Shown here: piece after piece, positions 9,272-18,176 of the stretch
Position numbering within the stretch: the first letter of the stretch is position 1
How the letters are laid out: the number at the start of each line of letters is the position of its first letter
DNA from: Bryobacterales bacterium
GTDB lineage: Bacteria > Acidobacteriota > Terriglobia > Bryobacterales > Bryobacteraceae
Direction: 5' to 3'
Assembly (NCBI GenBank): GCA_038225555.1
Contig: JBBRRB010000020.1
Location: 10,966 to 74,965, forward strand
DNA: 64,000 nt
Notes under the pieces: generated by a model
Seen by the model: only the letters and a program-made list of their open reading frames with translations
Told to the model about the DNA's origin: nothing
Database searches by the model: none
Position numbers and translations under genes: made by a program

Positions 9272-10879
9272 ATGAAGAACTTGACTTCTATGCTAGCCGT
9301 TGCGGTGTGCGCCGCACTAATCCAGCCGGGTTTCGCCGCTGATCGCGTCCAGACTGCCAACGGCATTCTGCTATCCACCGCTCCGCCCAAGAACGGCGTG
9401 CAGAGTTTCAAAGGCATCCCGTTTGGCCAACCGCCAGTTGGCGACCTGCGCTGGCGCGAGCCCCAACCCGTCAAAGACTGGAAGGGCGTCCGCAATGCCG
9501 ACCAGTTCGGGCCGCGATGCATGCAGCGGACTTCTCCCAACGCAGATTACTGGTTCCGCAGCAACGGCATGAGCGAGGACTGCTTATATCTGAACGTCTG
9601 GACTCCCTCGAAATCGGGCAATGAAAAACTTCCCGTACTGTTTTATGTTTTCGGCGGAGGGTTCCAGAACGGCGATGGTTCGGAACCGCGCTATGACGGC
9701 GAGAACATGGCGCGCAGAGGGATGGTCGCGGTGTCCATTAATTACAGGACAAATATTTTCGGCTTCTTCGTTCATCCGGAACTCACGAAGGAGTCGGAGC
9801 ACCATGCCGCCGGCAACTACGGGTTGCTCGATCAAGTGGCCGCGCTCCGTTGGGTGCAGAAGAACATCGCGGCTTTCGGAGGCGATCCCAAGCGCATCAC
9901 GATCGCCGGCGAATCGGCCGGGTCGATCTCGGTTAGCGCACTGATGGCGTCCCCGCTTTCCAGAGATATGGTCGCCGGCGCTATCGGTGAGAGTGGCGCC
10001 ATGACGTCCAGTCTCCCGCCTCAACCCCTGGCTGAAGCCGAGCAGAACGGGCTCAAGTTCGCCTCTGCCGCAGGCGCGGATACGCTGGCAGCCTTGCGTG
10101 CGATGAGCGCGGAACAGATTCAGGAAGCGACAACCAAGGTCCAGGGAGCCCGCTTCGGCACGACACTCGATGGCTACTTTCTGCCTAAACCCTTGACCGC
10201 AATCTATGAGGCCGGCGAGCAGGCTAAGGTCCCGCTGCTGGCAGGTTCGAATACGCAGGAGCAACCCGCTCGCCAAGTGCTCGGCGAGGGTGATGCTACG
10301 CCGGAAACGCTCGCCAGCGCCATTCGGAAATTTTATGGAGATAAGGCCGATGACGTCGTCACCGCATACGCGGCCAGCTCAGAGGACGAAGTCTACGAGG
10401 CCGCAGCGCACCTTGCCAGCGCCCGCTTCATCGCGTTCAGCACATGGAAATGGACCGAACTCCAGATGAAGACCGGCGGCAAGCCTGTATACCGGTACTT
10501 GTACGCGCGTCCGCGTCCTGCATACCTGGGGATGCCGGGCCAGCCCGCCCCACCAAGCGCTGCAGCCGGACGGTCTGCAGGACCACGAGGGGCGGGCCAT
10601 TCCGCCGAGATTCAATACGCCCTAGGGAACCTCGATTTGGACAAGCGTTACACCTGGGAGCCCGCCGACTACCAAGTTGCCAAAACAATGCAGGCTTACT
10701 TTGTGAACTTCATCAAGACCGGCAACCCGAATGGTCCTGGTCAGACGGAGTGGCCCGAATACCGCGGGGATAACAACTACCAGCGCATGCGGATCGACGT
10801 GCAATCTCACGCGGAGCCCGAAGCGCACCGCAATCGCTATCTGGCGTTGGATGCGGCTACGGCGAAACCATCACGCTAG
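9272..10879 (+). CDS. Carboxylesterase type B (para-nitrobenzyl esterase-like), secreted
   Basis: Nucleophile elbow ITIAGESAGSISV; FGGGFQNGDG oxyanion region; EDCLYLNVW. The internal ATG at 9272 gives a signal peptide MKNLTSMLAVAVCAALIQPGFA. The track ORF starts at 9173. Confidence 0.9.
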   Translation: MKNLTSMLAVAVCAALIQPGFAADRVQTANGILLSTAPPKNGVQSFKGIPFGQPPVGDLRWREPQPVKDWKGVRNADQFGPRCMQRTSPNADYWFRSNGMSEDCLYLNVWTPSKSGNEKLPVLFYVFGGGFQNGDGSEPRYDGENMARRGMVAVSINYRTNIFGFFVHPELTKESEHHAAGNYGLLDQVAALRWVQKNIAAFGGDPKRITIAGESAGSISVSALMASPLSRDMVAGAIGESGAMTSSLPPQPLAEAEQNGLKFASAAGADTLAALRAMSAEQIQEATTKVQGARFGTTLDGYFLPKPLTAIYEAGEQAKVPLLAGSNTQEQPARQVLGEGDATPETLASAIRKFYGDKADDVVTAYAASSEDEVYEAAAHLASARFIAFSTWKWTELQMKTGGKPVYRYLYARPRPAYLGMPGQPAPPSAAAGRSAGPRGAGHSAEIQYALGNLDLDKRYTWEPADYQVAKTMQAYFVNFIKTGNPNGPGQTEWPEYRGDNNYQRMRIDVQSHAEPEAHRNRYLALDAATAKPSR

Positions 10880-11048
10880 TTTCCGCGCGTTTGGGCCTCC
10901 GCTTCGGCGAGCCATCCGCGCCGGAGCCGGTCTGCCGGAAAACTAGACAAATACGGCTTGATGTCCAAAATCGGCGATTCGACGACAGTCAGACCGATCG
11001 GATTCGGCCGGCGCGGAGAGCGCGTGGCGAAACACACCGTGGAATGCG

Positions 11049-11760
11049 AATCGGAAGGGGCGCGTAGAACGTCCGTTCCATTTCATCGAGCACAACTTCC
11101 TGGCCGGGCGCACCTTCGCTCTTGGGAGGATCTGAACAGCCAGCGGCGGGAGTGGTGCGACAAGGTCAACTCGACTTACAAGAAGCATATCCGCGCAGTT
11201 CCCCGCGAGTTATTCGCGGTGGAGCGTTTGCAACTGCAGCCGCTGCCGGCCTGGATTCCGGAAGTGTACCGGTTGCATCAGCGCATGGTGGACATGGAAG
11301 GCCAAGTGGCGCTGCACACCAACCGCTATTCGGTTCCGCTGGCCTGGATTGGCCGGCGCGTGGAATTGCGCGAGACCAGGAACAAGATCGAGATCCAACT
11401 GGATGCCCGCAATCTGGTCACTCGCCAGCGGATCGCCGATGTCGAGCATCAACGCATTCTGCTGGCCCAGCACCGGCCGCCGCGCGGTCAAGGGATGGCG
11501 CGCACGCACCCTCATCCCGAAGAGAATGCCATTCTCGCAGCCGTCCCGGAAATCGCCGAGTACGTCACGGCGGTGAAACGGCGCAGCCGCAAAGTGCCTA
11601 GCCTTGCCCTGCGCCAACTGCTGCGTCTGGTGCGCGAGTATCCGCGTCAGCCGCTAGTGTGTGCCGTCCTGGAGGCGGCCCGTTATGGTCTCTACGATCT
11701 GGACCGGCTGGAGCACATGATCTTGCGCCGCGTGGCGCGCGAATACTTTTTGCTGGACGA
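11049..11760 (+). pseudogene. istA: IS21-family transposase (IstA) C-terminal fragment, 5-prime truncated and frameshifted
   Basis: NRKGRVERPFHFIEHNFLAGRTF is read in one frame (from 11049). WEDLNSQRREW...HTNRYSVPLAWIGRRVELRETRNKIEI...AQHRP continues in the frame of track ORF 10958..12010. The frame switch is near 11120-11130. There is no N-terminal HTH/DDE part, no istB and no terminal repeats. Boundaries are approximate. Confidence 0.7.
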
Positions 11761-12115
11761 CGGAAGGGAGCGATTCGCCCGACAGGGGCGTTCGTGGACC
11801 AATAGCTTCGCTGAGATCGAGCAGTTCGCACTCGGCAAACTGCCGCCCGCAGATCGCGGCGCTATCGAAAATATCACGTCCCGGAGGTGCTGTGGTCCGG
11901 CACTAAAGGAGAACCAAGCGATCTGGCGGCGTCGGCAGGTGGCTTTTGACGATGCGGTGCGTGAACTCAGATGCCCGATCGTCACCAGCGCCGGCGACAT
12001 GCTCCTTTGAAGCGTTTTGAATGGATTGATGGACAAAGCAAAAGCCCGCCGGGGTCGCAAAACCGGCGGGCGTTGAAGGAGGAATGGAAATGTATTGATT
12101 GATCGAGTAAACGCG

Positions 12116-12586
12116 CTCGTTCAGAGTCGCCCCGCCGGGACGCTTCAGCATGTCGAGTATCTGGGCGGTCTTGCTGCCGTCGCGAGCTACGCGGGGCTTC
12201 TCCGGCGCGGTGGTCTGTTCACCCGAGGGCTGCGGTTCTGGCGCAACGGGCGGCGTTTGTGCGTCAACGTCGGCTACGACGTCCGTCGGCGGGTCCTGGG
12301 CAGTTTCAGTAGCGGCTGCGTCCTCCAGCGTCTCAATGTTGGCGTCGGGATCTGCCGGTTCACCGGGGCTCAGCTTCTCGATGGCCGCCCAGATCCGGCT
12401 TACGACTGCTCTGCGGTCCGCGAACTTCTTCACCGGCTTCTGTCCAGGCAGGCTGTTGAGGATTTCGACGAAGCGCAGGCTGGGCCAGTTGGCCGCAACC
12501 TTGGCGAGTTCTGGCGGGAACCGTAATCGGGGAGTGCAGAAGATTCTCGCAAAGGTCCAACGTTGTGAAGCAATTTTAGGGACAGG
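12116..12586 (-). pseudogene. Truncated mobile-element-type gene (DUF3489-like helix-turn-helix region cut off)
   Basis: The reading frame is open upstream of the track start (...PPELAKVAANWPSLRFVEILNSLPGQKPVKKFADRRAVVSRIWAAIEKL) with no start codon before an in-frame TAG at 12590-12592. The DUF3489-like SKTAQILDMLKRPGGATLNE breaks off near 12116 into unrelated sequence. Confidence 0.4.
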
Positions 12587-12589
12587 ACA

Positions 12590-13750
12590 CTAGCCAGGGA
12601 CACCACGGTAGCTATCGCTCTCCCGGGCGGCGAGCATGGCAACGACGACAAAGGTCCACGATCCTAGTGCAGGCCTCGAGAACGGGTAGTCGACTATGGC
12701 ATGGAGGAACACGGCCACGACGCCCAGTCCCCAGACCGAGCGGAATGCGGGGCGAAGGCACCAGAAAAACAGTGTGGCGATCAACAGGCCAAAGGGGATA
12801 CCGCCTTCAGCGGTCCATTGCAGCCAGTCGTTGTGCGCCTGATTAACGAAGACGCCAAAGTCAACTATCGCGTAACGCGGATACACGTTGGGCCACACTC
12901 CGAGCCCTACCCCAAACCAGGGCTGGGCGGCGATCATGTGGAGCGTCGAATTCGCAACCTCACGTCGAAAGGCCATGGGATCGGGAAGCCACAAGCGGTT
13001 CCAGACGTGTTCATAACCGACCACAGCCGTGAAGACTCCCAGGAATACCGCCATTTGGAGGAGGGTAAGCCCGATGGCGTGGCCCGTAGCGCGGCGGCGG
13101 CCCCACATGAGGGCTGAAACCGTGAGGATTTCCACAGTTGTTAGCGAGGTCCCGGCCCGGGAGGCGGAGGCGATGACGGACGCATAGATCGCGCAGGCCA
13201 TGCCCGAGTAAAGTAGCGAATCCTTTTCACTGCTCAGGGCTTTATAAAGAGCTACGGGGAGGATCAGCTCAATAAACGCAGCGTAATGATTTTGGTAGAG
13301 TATGGGACCCATGACCAAATCGGTGTACGGCGTAGGGAACAGCCAAAATATTTTGCCTCCCGAAGTAAAAGTCTGAACTGTAGCTAGAAGCGCTATCGCA
13401 AAACCGAACCACAACATCGCGGATCGAAACCACCGGCGAGCACCGTCGTCTTGGAACAGATGAAAGCCGATGAGAAAGACGGCCAGGAAGGTGGCCCAGT
13501 GGACGGCGGCTCTTTGGGTTTCGAACGTGTAAGCCGTGAGACCAGCCATCCACTGGAAGACAGCCCAGGCTACCGCCAGGATTAGAGCCAAGAAGGGAAA
13601 ACAAAACCGATGCGGGCCGTTGCGTTCCCGCCAGATGGCGAGGACGGCGAGGGAGAAGATTCCGACCTGAAAGACCGATACGGGCCAATACGCAGGAACC
13701 CACAACGTCAGGATTCCGAAGAAAAGAACGGCGGCTAGAACTACATGCAT
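12590..13750 (-). CDS. O-antigen ligase/polymerase family membrane protein (Wzy_C-type)
   Basis: About 10 hydrophobic segments and the Wzy_C-like loop motif VNQAHNDWLQWTAEGGIPFGLLIATLFF. The likely start MHVVLAAVLFF at 13750 overlaps the upstream stop by 10 nt. The maximal ORF extends to 13825. Confidence 0.8.
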   Translation of the reverse strand: MHVVLAAVLFFGILTLWVPAYWPVSVFQVGIFSLAVLAIWRERNGPHRFCFPFLALILAVAWAVFQWMAGLTAYTFETQRAAVHWATFLAVFLIGFHLFQDDGARRWFRSAMLWFGFAIALLATVQTFTSGGKIFWLFPTPYTDLVMGPILYQNHYAAFIELILPVALYKALSSEKDSLLYSGMACAIYASVIASASRAGTSLTTVEILTVSALMWGRRRATGHAIGLTLLQMAVFLGVFTAVVGYEHVWNRLWLPDPMAFRREVANSTLHMIAAQPWFGVGLGVWPNVYPRYAIVDFGVFVNQAHNDWLQWTAEGGIPFGLLIATLFFWCLRPAFRSVWGLGVVAVFLHAIVDYPFSRPALGSWTFVVVAMLAARESDSYRGVPG

Positions 13751-14097
13751 GCTCTCACGCGTACCGCTCTGACCATAAGCCAGACCACGGCCACGGCCAA
13801 TGCATTGTCGCGGACGTCCCACCATTCGAGGGGCGTGCCGAAAATACAGTGTTGCGCGGTCTCAATCGCAATCCCGAGGCCCATGACCCCGAACGCGGCG
13901 AGAAGGCGCTGCCGCGGGGTTTGGGCGATAAAGAGCATCAAGAGCGCAGTGGCCCCAAAAGCGAGAAAATGAAAACCCCGGTGCAAAACCGGAGTCTGCG
14001 CTGCTTTGGGCCGATAGCCTTGCAGCGAAATGAGGACCACACCGACGACCCACAAAGGCGCGATCCGGACCAGGACCCCTCGGGGAACCGCAGGCAT
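13741..14097 (-). CDS. Small VanZ-like membrane protein
   Basis: Four hydrophobic segments. HRGFHFLAFGATALL and IETAQHCIFGTPLEWWDVRDNALAV resemble the VanZ-like pattern. It starts 1 nt after the upstream stop. Confidence 0.5.
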   Translation of the reverse strand: MPAVPRGVLVRIAPLWVVGVVLISLQGYRPKAAQTPVLHRGFHFLAFGATALLMLFIAQTPRQRLLAAFGVMGLGIAIETAQHCIFGTPLEWWDVRDNALAVAVVWLMVRAVRVRACM

Positions 14098-14098
14098 T

Positions 14099-15607
14099 TC
14101 AGTAGGCGCCGCGCGGCATCAGGACGGTCTTGACCGTACACGCCACGATGTAGGCGTCGAGCCAGAGGGACCAGTTCCGGATATAGTAGGTGTCGAGGTT
14201 CTCTTGCATCTTCAGGTTCGCGTCACTACGGTCAGAAATCTGCCATAACCCCGTCAGACCCGGTCGCACGCTCTGCCTTAGCTCACGAAAATCCAGCCCA
14301 AAGCTGTTCAGGTGATAGCCGGGAAACGGCCGCGGCCCGACTAGGCTCATCTCACCTTTCAAGATATTCCATAATTGCGGCAACTCGTCCAGACTGGTCC
14401 TGCGCAAGAAATGACCGATGCCGGGCAGGATACGCACGTCTTCCTTGAGTTTAAAGAATTGCTCCCAATCAAGACGATCTCGCGGATTTTTATCGAGATA
14501 ACTCTGGAGCATCCCGTCGGCGTTCGGATACATGGTGCGGAGTTTCCAAACCCGAATTTTGCGGCCGCCGTAACCGACGCGCTCCTGCGTATAGAACGCG
14601 GGACCCGGGCTGACGAGCTTGATCCACAGCGCAAACACACCGATCACGGGTATGCTCGCTAAGAAGAAGGGTATGCCGATCGCATAATCGAGAGTCCGCT
14701 TGAAATAACAATTCCTCTTCCGCAGCAGGTTTCGCCGGAACTCGATTCCGAGCGTCCCGCCCAGGTCTCGCACCTCCGTCCAGAGAGTCTGTATTCCGTG
14801 AAGATCGGGCGCGAAAATCACCCGCGGAAATGGCAGCCTCTCCAAAAGCGCAGGCAGGTTCGGGCAGTGAAAATTCGGCATGGCGACCACAGCGATGTGC
14901 ACGTAATCGGCACATTTCGGCGCCATCGATATAGGACCTAGCACCGGCACACCCGCCATCGTGTGACCCCAAGCCTCTGGCTCGTTTTCGAAGATTCCGA
15001 TCGGAACCAAGCCCAGTTCCGGCCGGTGCTGGAGCGCTTCCACAACCCGCAAACCGGCACCCTCCGAACTGAGAACGATGACCGGAGTCCCCCAACATCG
15101 CAGACGCACAAGAGTAGTGATCACAACGACCTCGACGAGCGGGGACAACACCGCCGCAAACACGAAGGCGAACAACTCAACCGTACGCGACCACTCTCCG
15201 AAGTGAACGAGGTGGCCCCCGACAATCAGTGCGGCGAATGTGGCCGTGGCTGCAAGCACCCGACGGCGTAACCGCTCAACGGGCCCGAGCCCATAGCCGG
15301 AACAGAGACCCATCAGCAGATTCGCGACAGGCAATCCGAGCACCCCGAGGAAGATGCCGCGATTTGTATGGGCCTCCATACTTTTGGCCAGGAACGCTGC
15401 AACCAGATGGCGGCCCAGCAACCCCAGTGCGAGTGCGATCTGGACGGCGCAGATGTCGGATACGACCATTAGCCAGATGACCGAACGCCGCTCACGAAAC
15501 TTAAGCGGCGCCGCGAGTCGAGGGACTTCTGCCTCTATCAGCGTAGGGACAAACCCGGACGTATGCTCAGCGACGGCTAAGGCCAATGACCGTATCTCAG
15601 ATTGCAT
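14099..15607 (-). CDS. Polyprenyl-phosphate glycosyl-1-phosphate transferase (WbaP/EpsB-type priming enzyme)
   Basis: Bacterial sugar transferase motifs: [19 protein letters not shown]..., [59 protein letters not shown]-terminal TM bundle. Confidence 0.9.
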   Translation of the reverse strand: MQSEIRSLALAVAEHTSGFVPTLIEAEVPRLAAPLKFRERRSVIWLMVVSDICAVQIALALGLLGRHLVAAFLAKSMEAHTNRGIFLGVLGLPVANLLMGLCSGYGLGPVERLRRRVLAATATFAALIVGGHLVHFGEWSRTVELFAFVFAAVLSPLVEVVVITTLVRLRCWGTPVIVLSSEGAGLRVVEALQHRPELGLVPIGIFENEPEAWGHTMAGVPVLGPISMAPKCADYVHIAVVAMPNFHCPNLPALLERLPFPRVIFAPDLHGIQTLWTEVRDLGGTLGIEFRRNLLRKRNCYFKRTLDYAIGIPFFLASIPVIGVFALWIKLVSPGPAFYTQERVGYGGRKIRVWKLRTMYPNADGMLQSYLDKNPRDRLDWEQFFKLKEDVRILPGIGHFLRRTSLDELPQLWNILKGEMSLVGPRPFPGYHLNSFGLDFRELRQSVRPGLTGLWQISDRSDANLKMQENLDTYYIRNWSLWLDAYIVACTVKTVLMPRGAY

Positions 15608-15862
15608 GGTTCAGCGGGTGAATGGGGGGCGGCTCGCGGGGACAGTCAACGATGTTATGCAGAATTCTCGGGTTCGTTTCGTAATTTGACATGATGAATA
15701 TTCAGTGGAGAAAGAGCCGCGGAGCAGGGGCTGGCATGGGCCGAGTTCGCGGCAAGTAGAATCAAACCGGCCCGACGCGCTTAAGTGGGAGTGATCTAAG
15801 GTTTAGGCGGCTGCAGACTTTTTGCAAAAGCCAGTGAACGGTTATCGGAAGGCCCAGGCGTC

Positions 15863-16651
15863 CTAATCTCGGTCATTCCCGCCGTCGGTGGCGAAGTGCA
15901 GGCCTAGTAACTGAAGAGTGAATAGCAGGACAAGCCGCGGATTGGTTTTCAGGTACCGCTTCCAGAGCCGCCGCGGCTCGGTTAGGAGCCGGAACAGCCA
16001 CTCCATGCCTATTCGCATCATCCAGCGAGGTGCTTGGGACTTCGTGCCCGAAAGGAAGTCAAAGGCTGCGCCCACCCCAACCATTACAGATTGCACGCGG
16101 TTCTTGTGGGCGGCCATCCAATAGTCCTGTTTGGGCGTACCCAATCCGACAAAGAGAAGCCCCACATCCGCCCGATTGATGTCCTCAACGATTCGGTCGT
16201 CTTCGTCCGCGGTTAAAGGCCGGAAAGGTGGAGAGCAGGCGTAGGCTATACGGAGGTTGGGATAGCGATTCCGGACGACATCTTGAAGCCGCTGAAGAGT
16301 TGCAGAAGCGGCGCCATAGAATCCGACGGAAAGACCCAGAGATGCGGACATATCGAGCAATGCAAGAGTGAGGTCCGGCCCGTACACTCGCACGGCTTTG
16401 GAATGGCCGAGCAGTTTGAGGCACCAGACCAGCGGCATTCCATCGGGAGTGACCAGATCAGCTTCGTTGGTGACCTCCCGGAACCCGCGCGAATCGTGGG
16501 CGGACATGACGTTGAAGACGTTGGCCACGCACACGTATTTCGAGGCTTTTTGTTGGGCCCAACCACAGAGAAGGTTCGAGGCTTGTTCGTAGGTAGTTGC
16601 GTCAACACGCATGCCGAGGATGTGGGCTGGTTGAGGGACTGCTTCGATCAT
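15863..16651 (-). CDS. WecB/TagA/CpsF family glycosyltransferase (GT26)
   Basis: ILGMRVDATTYEQA..., VTPDGMPLVWCLKLLG, FYGAASATLQRL, LLFVGLGTPKQDYWM, VGVGAAFDFLSGTKSQAPRWM..GMEWLFRL. Confidence 0.9.
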   Translation of the reverse strand: MIEAVPQPAHILGMRVDATTYEQASNLLCGWAQQKASKYVCVANVFNVMSAHDSRGFREVTNEADLVTPDGMPLVWCLKLLGHSKAVRVYGPDLTLALLDMSASLGLSVGFYGAASATLQRLQDVVRNRYPNLRIAYACSPPFRPLTADEDDRIVEDINRADVGLLFVGLGTPKQDYWMAAHKNRVQSVMVGVGAAFDFLSGTKSQAPRWMMRIGMEWLFRLLTEPRRLWKRYLKTNPRLVLLFTLQLLGLHFATDGGNDRD

Positions 16652-17834
16652 TGGTTCTGCCTTTCACGCCCTCGGACAGGGCGCGTTGATACACGGCCAT
16701 CATCAAGCTGTAGTTTCGTTCCATGGTGTACTTCTGCTCGAATTCGCGCCGAGCTTCGATGCGCATTTCAGCCATTTTATTTGGATTCTGGTTTAGGCAC
16801 GTCATTGCGCTTGCCAAAGCATGCGCATCACCGGGAGTGAACAACAAGCCCGTCCTGCCGTGATCGACGATTTCAGCGACGGCACCAATCCGCGACGCAA
16901 TGACAGGCGTGCTTTGAGCGAATGCTTCGGCCGCGACTCTGCCAAACGTTTCATACAATTCAGAAGGGAAGATCAGGCATTTCGCGGAACCCATCAGGGA
17001 CAGAACCTCGGGTTGCGGCAGCCTACCCAGGTATTGGATACGATTATCGCGCTCAGCGGCGGCGCGGACCTCGGCCTCAAGCGGGCCATCCCCAACGATT
17101 TTGAGCCGCGTGCCGGCATCCATGATTTCCATTGCCTTGATAAGCGTCCGGACTCCCTTATCGACGGCCAGCCGCCCGACAAAAATGAAGTCCTGGCCGC
17201 CGACTCCGGCCAAGCCAGGGTCAAGAACGAAGTTCGGTTTGACGACAATCTTCGACTCGGGGAATCCATTTTCGACGAACTTGCGCTTTGCGAACTCCGA
17301 GACGGCAATGAACACGCTCACGACGTTTTCCCAAGTTTTCAGGACGCGATGAACGCCGATCATTGTGGACACGGCGGCTGTCTGCGCGGCGCTGCCGCGA
17401 TAGCACTTATGGACGAGGGCAGGCCACGGCATGGAGTGTTTCACACAGTCTTCGCAGACCGCTCCGTTCCTAAAAAAGGTTGCAGCCGGGCATAGCAAGC
17501 GATAGTTATGGAGCGTTTGAACAACCGGGACGCCGCACCGGCGGGCGGCGTAATGCACCGAAGGCGATGCGAGCGGGAAAAAATTATGGATATCCACAAT
17601 ATCGGGGGACCAATTGCGGATCTCGCTTACGACCATTTTGTAAGAGTACGGAGACCAAGATGCTTGAATTCCGGCTTTCAAGACGTTCAGCCCTCCAATG
17701 GCCGCATTGTCGAAAACCAGTTCTCGAAGGTTGTGACCTTTGGACGCCAGCATGCGGCTATCCGACTCACGCGCCTCGTCCTCGCCTCCGCGAAACTTAT
17801 ACTTGTTGTGAACGGACAGGATTTTTAGAGGCAC
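16602..17834 (-). CDS. Glycosyltransferase family 4
   Basis: GT-B/GT4 pattern: ILSVHNKYKFRGGED..., FVGRLAVDKGV, C-terminal FPSELYETFGRVAAEAFAQSTPVIASRIGAVAEIVDHGRTGLLF. GTG start. Overlaps the next gene by 50 nt. Confidence 0.85.
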   Translation of the reverse strand: MPLKILSVHNKYKFRGGEDEARESDSRMLASKGHNLRELVFDNAAIGGLNVLKAGIQASWSPYSYKMVVSEIRNWSPDIVDIHNFFPLASPSVHYAARRCGVPVVQTLHNYRLLCPAATFFRNGAVCEDCVKHSMPWPALVHKCYRGSAAQTAAVSTMIGVHRVLKTWENVVSVFIAVSEFAKRKFVENGFPESKIVVKPNFVLDPGLAGVGGQDFIFVGRLAVDKGVRTLIKAMEIMDAGTRLKIVGDGPLEAEVRAAAERDNRIQYLGRLPQPEVLSLMGSAKCLIFPSELYETFGRVAAEAFAQSTPVIASRIGAVAEIVDHGRTGLLFTPGDAHALASAMTCLNQNPNKMAEMRIEARREFEQKYTMERNYSLMMAVYQRALSEGVKGRTNDRSSPSTSPHPRHAC

Positions 17835-18176
17835 TGTGGACAGATTCCCTCGCAGTCGATGGCCTTAAGCATGGCGTCGGCGCCGCAAGCTGGATGTATG
17901 CGCTCAACGGCCAGCCGCCGAGCCTTCCTACCCAGTTGAACAACTCGTGTTCGGACAAGGCCTGCCGGATATTCGCAAAGGAGATTCTGAATTGAGACCG
18001 CCGCTTTCCTGATCGTGACATGTTAGCAATTCCGAATTTGATCGGCTCTACAGGACTAATTTATGCCCGTGGTTCCTTAGCAAGGCAATCTCGCGTTCTA
18101 CAACAGCATGCTCTCCGCCTTCCTGTTGATAACTGTTGTCGATGATCAATATCATCAAATACCCTTTCGCAGAATA

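Noticed and set aside
8962-9540. 192-aa minus ORF spanning the esterase promoter and 5-prime end
   Set aside because: No motifs, an Arg/Pro/Trp-rich composition, and it overlaps a well-supported plus-strand gene.
11903-12433. Track ORF as an intact 176-aa gene, and 10958..12010 as an intact 350-aa gene
   Set aside because: Both are chimeric readings. Recognisable homology covers only part of each, and the frames continue or break in ways that indicate truncated, frameshifted relics.
14490-15098. Out-of-frame or antisense long ORFs inside confirmed genes. Other examples: 9584..10276, 16283..16840, 16821..17495, 23336..24073, 45888..46790, 47264..47893, 55336..56001, 56175..57110, 58473..59171.
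   Set aside because: These are typical high-GC frame shadows. They are Arg/Gly/Pro-rich with no motifs, and each is fully contained in a gene with strong family signatures.
17797-18021. 74-aa ORF in the 340-nt gap between GT4 and the double GT4
   Set aside because: No SD, basic low-complexity sequence, and it overlaps the GT4 start. It was kept only as part of the unexplained-gap observation.
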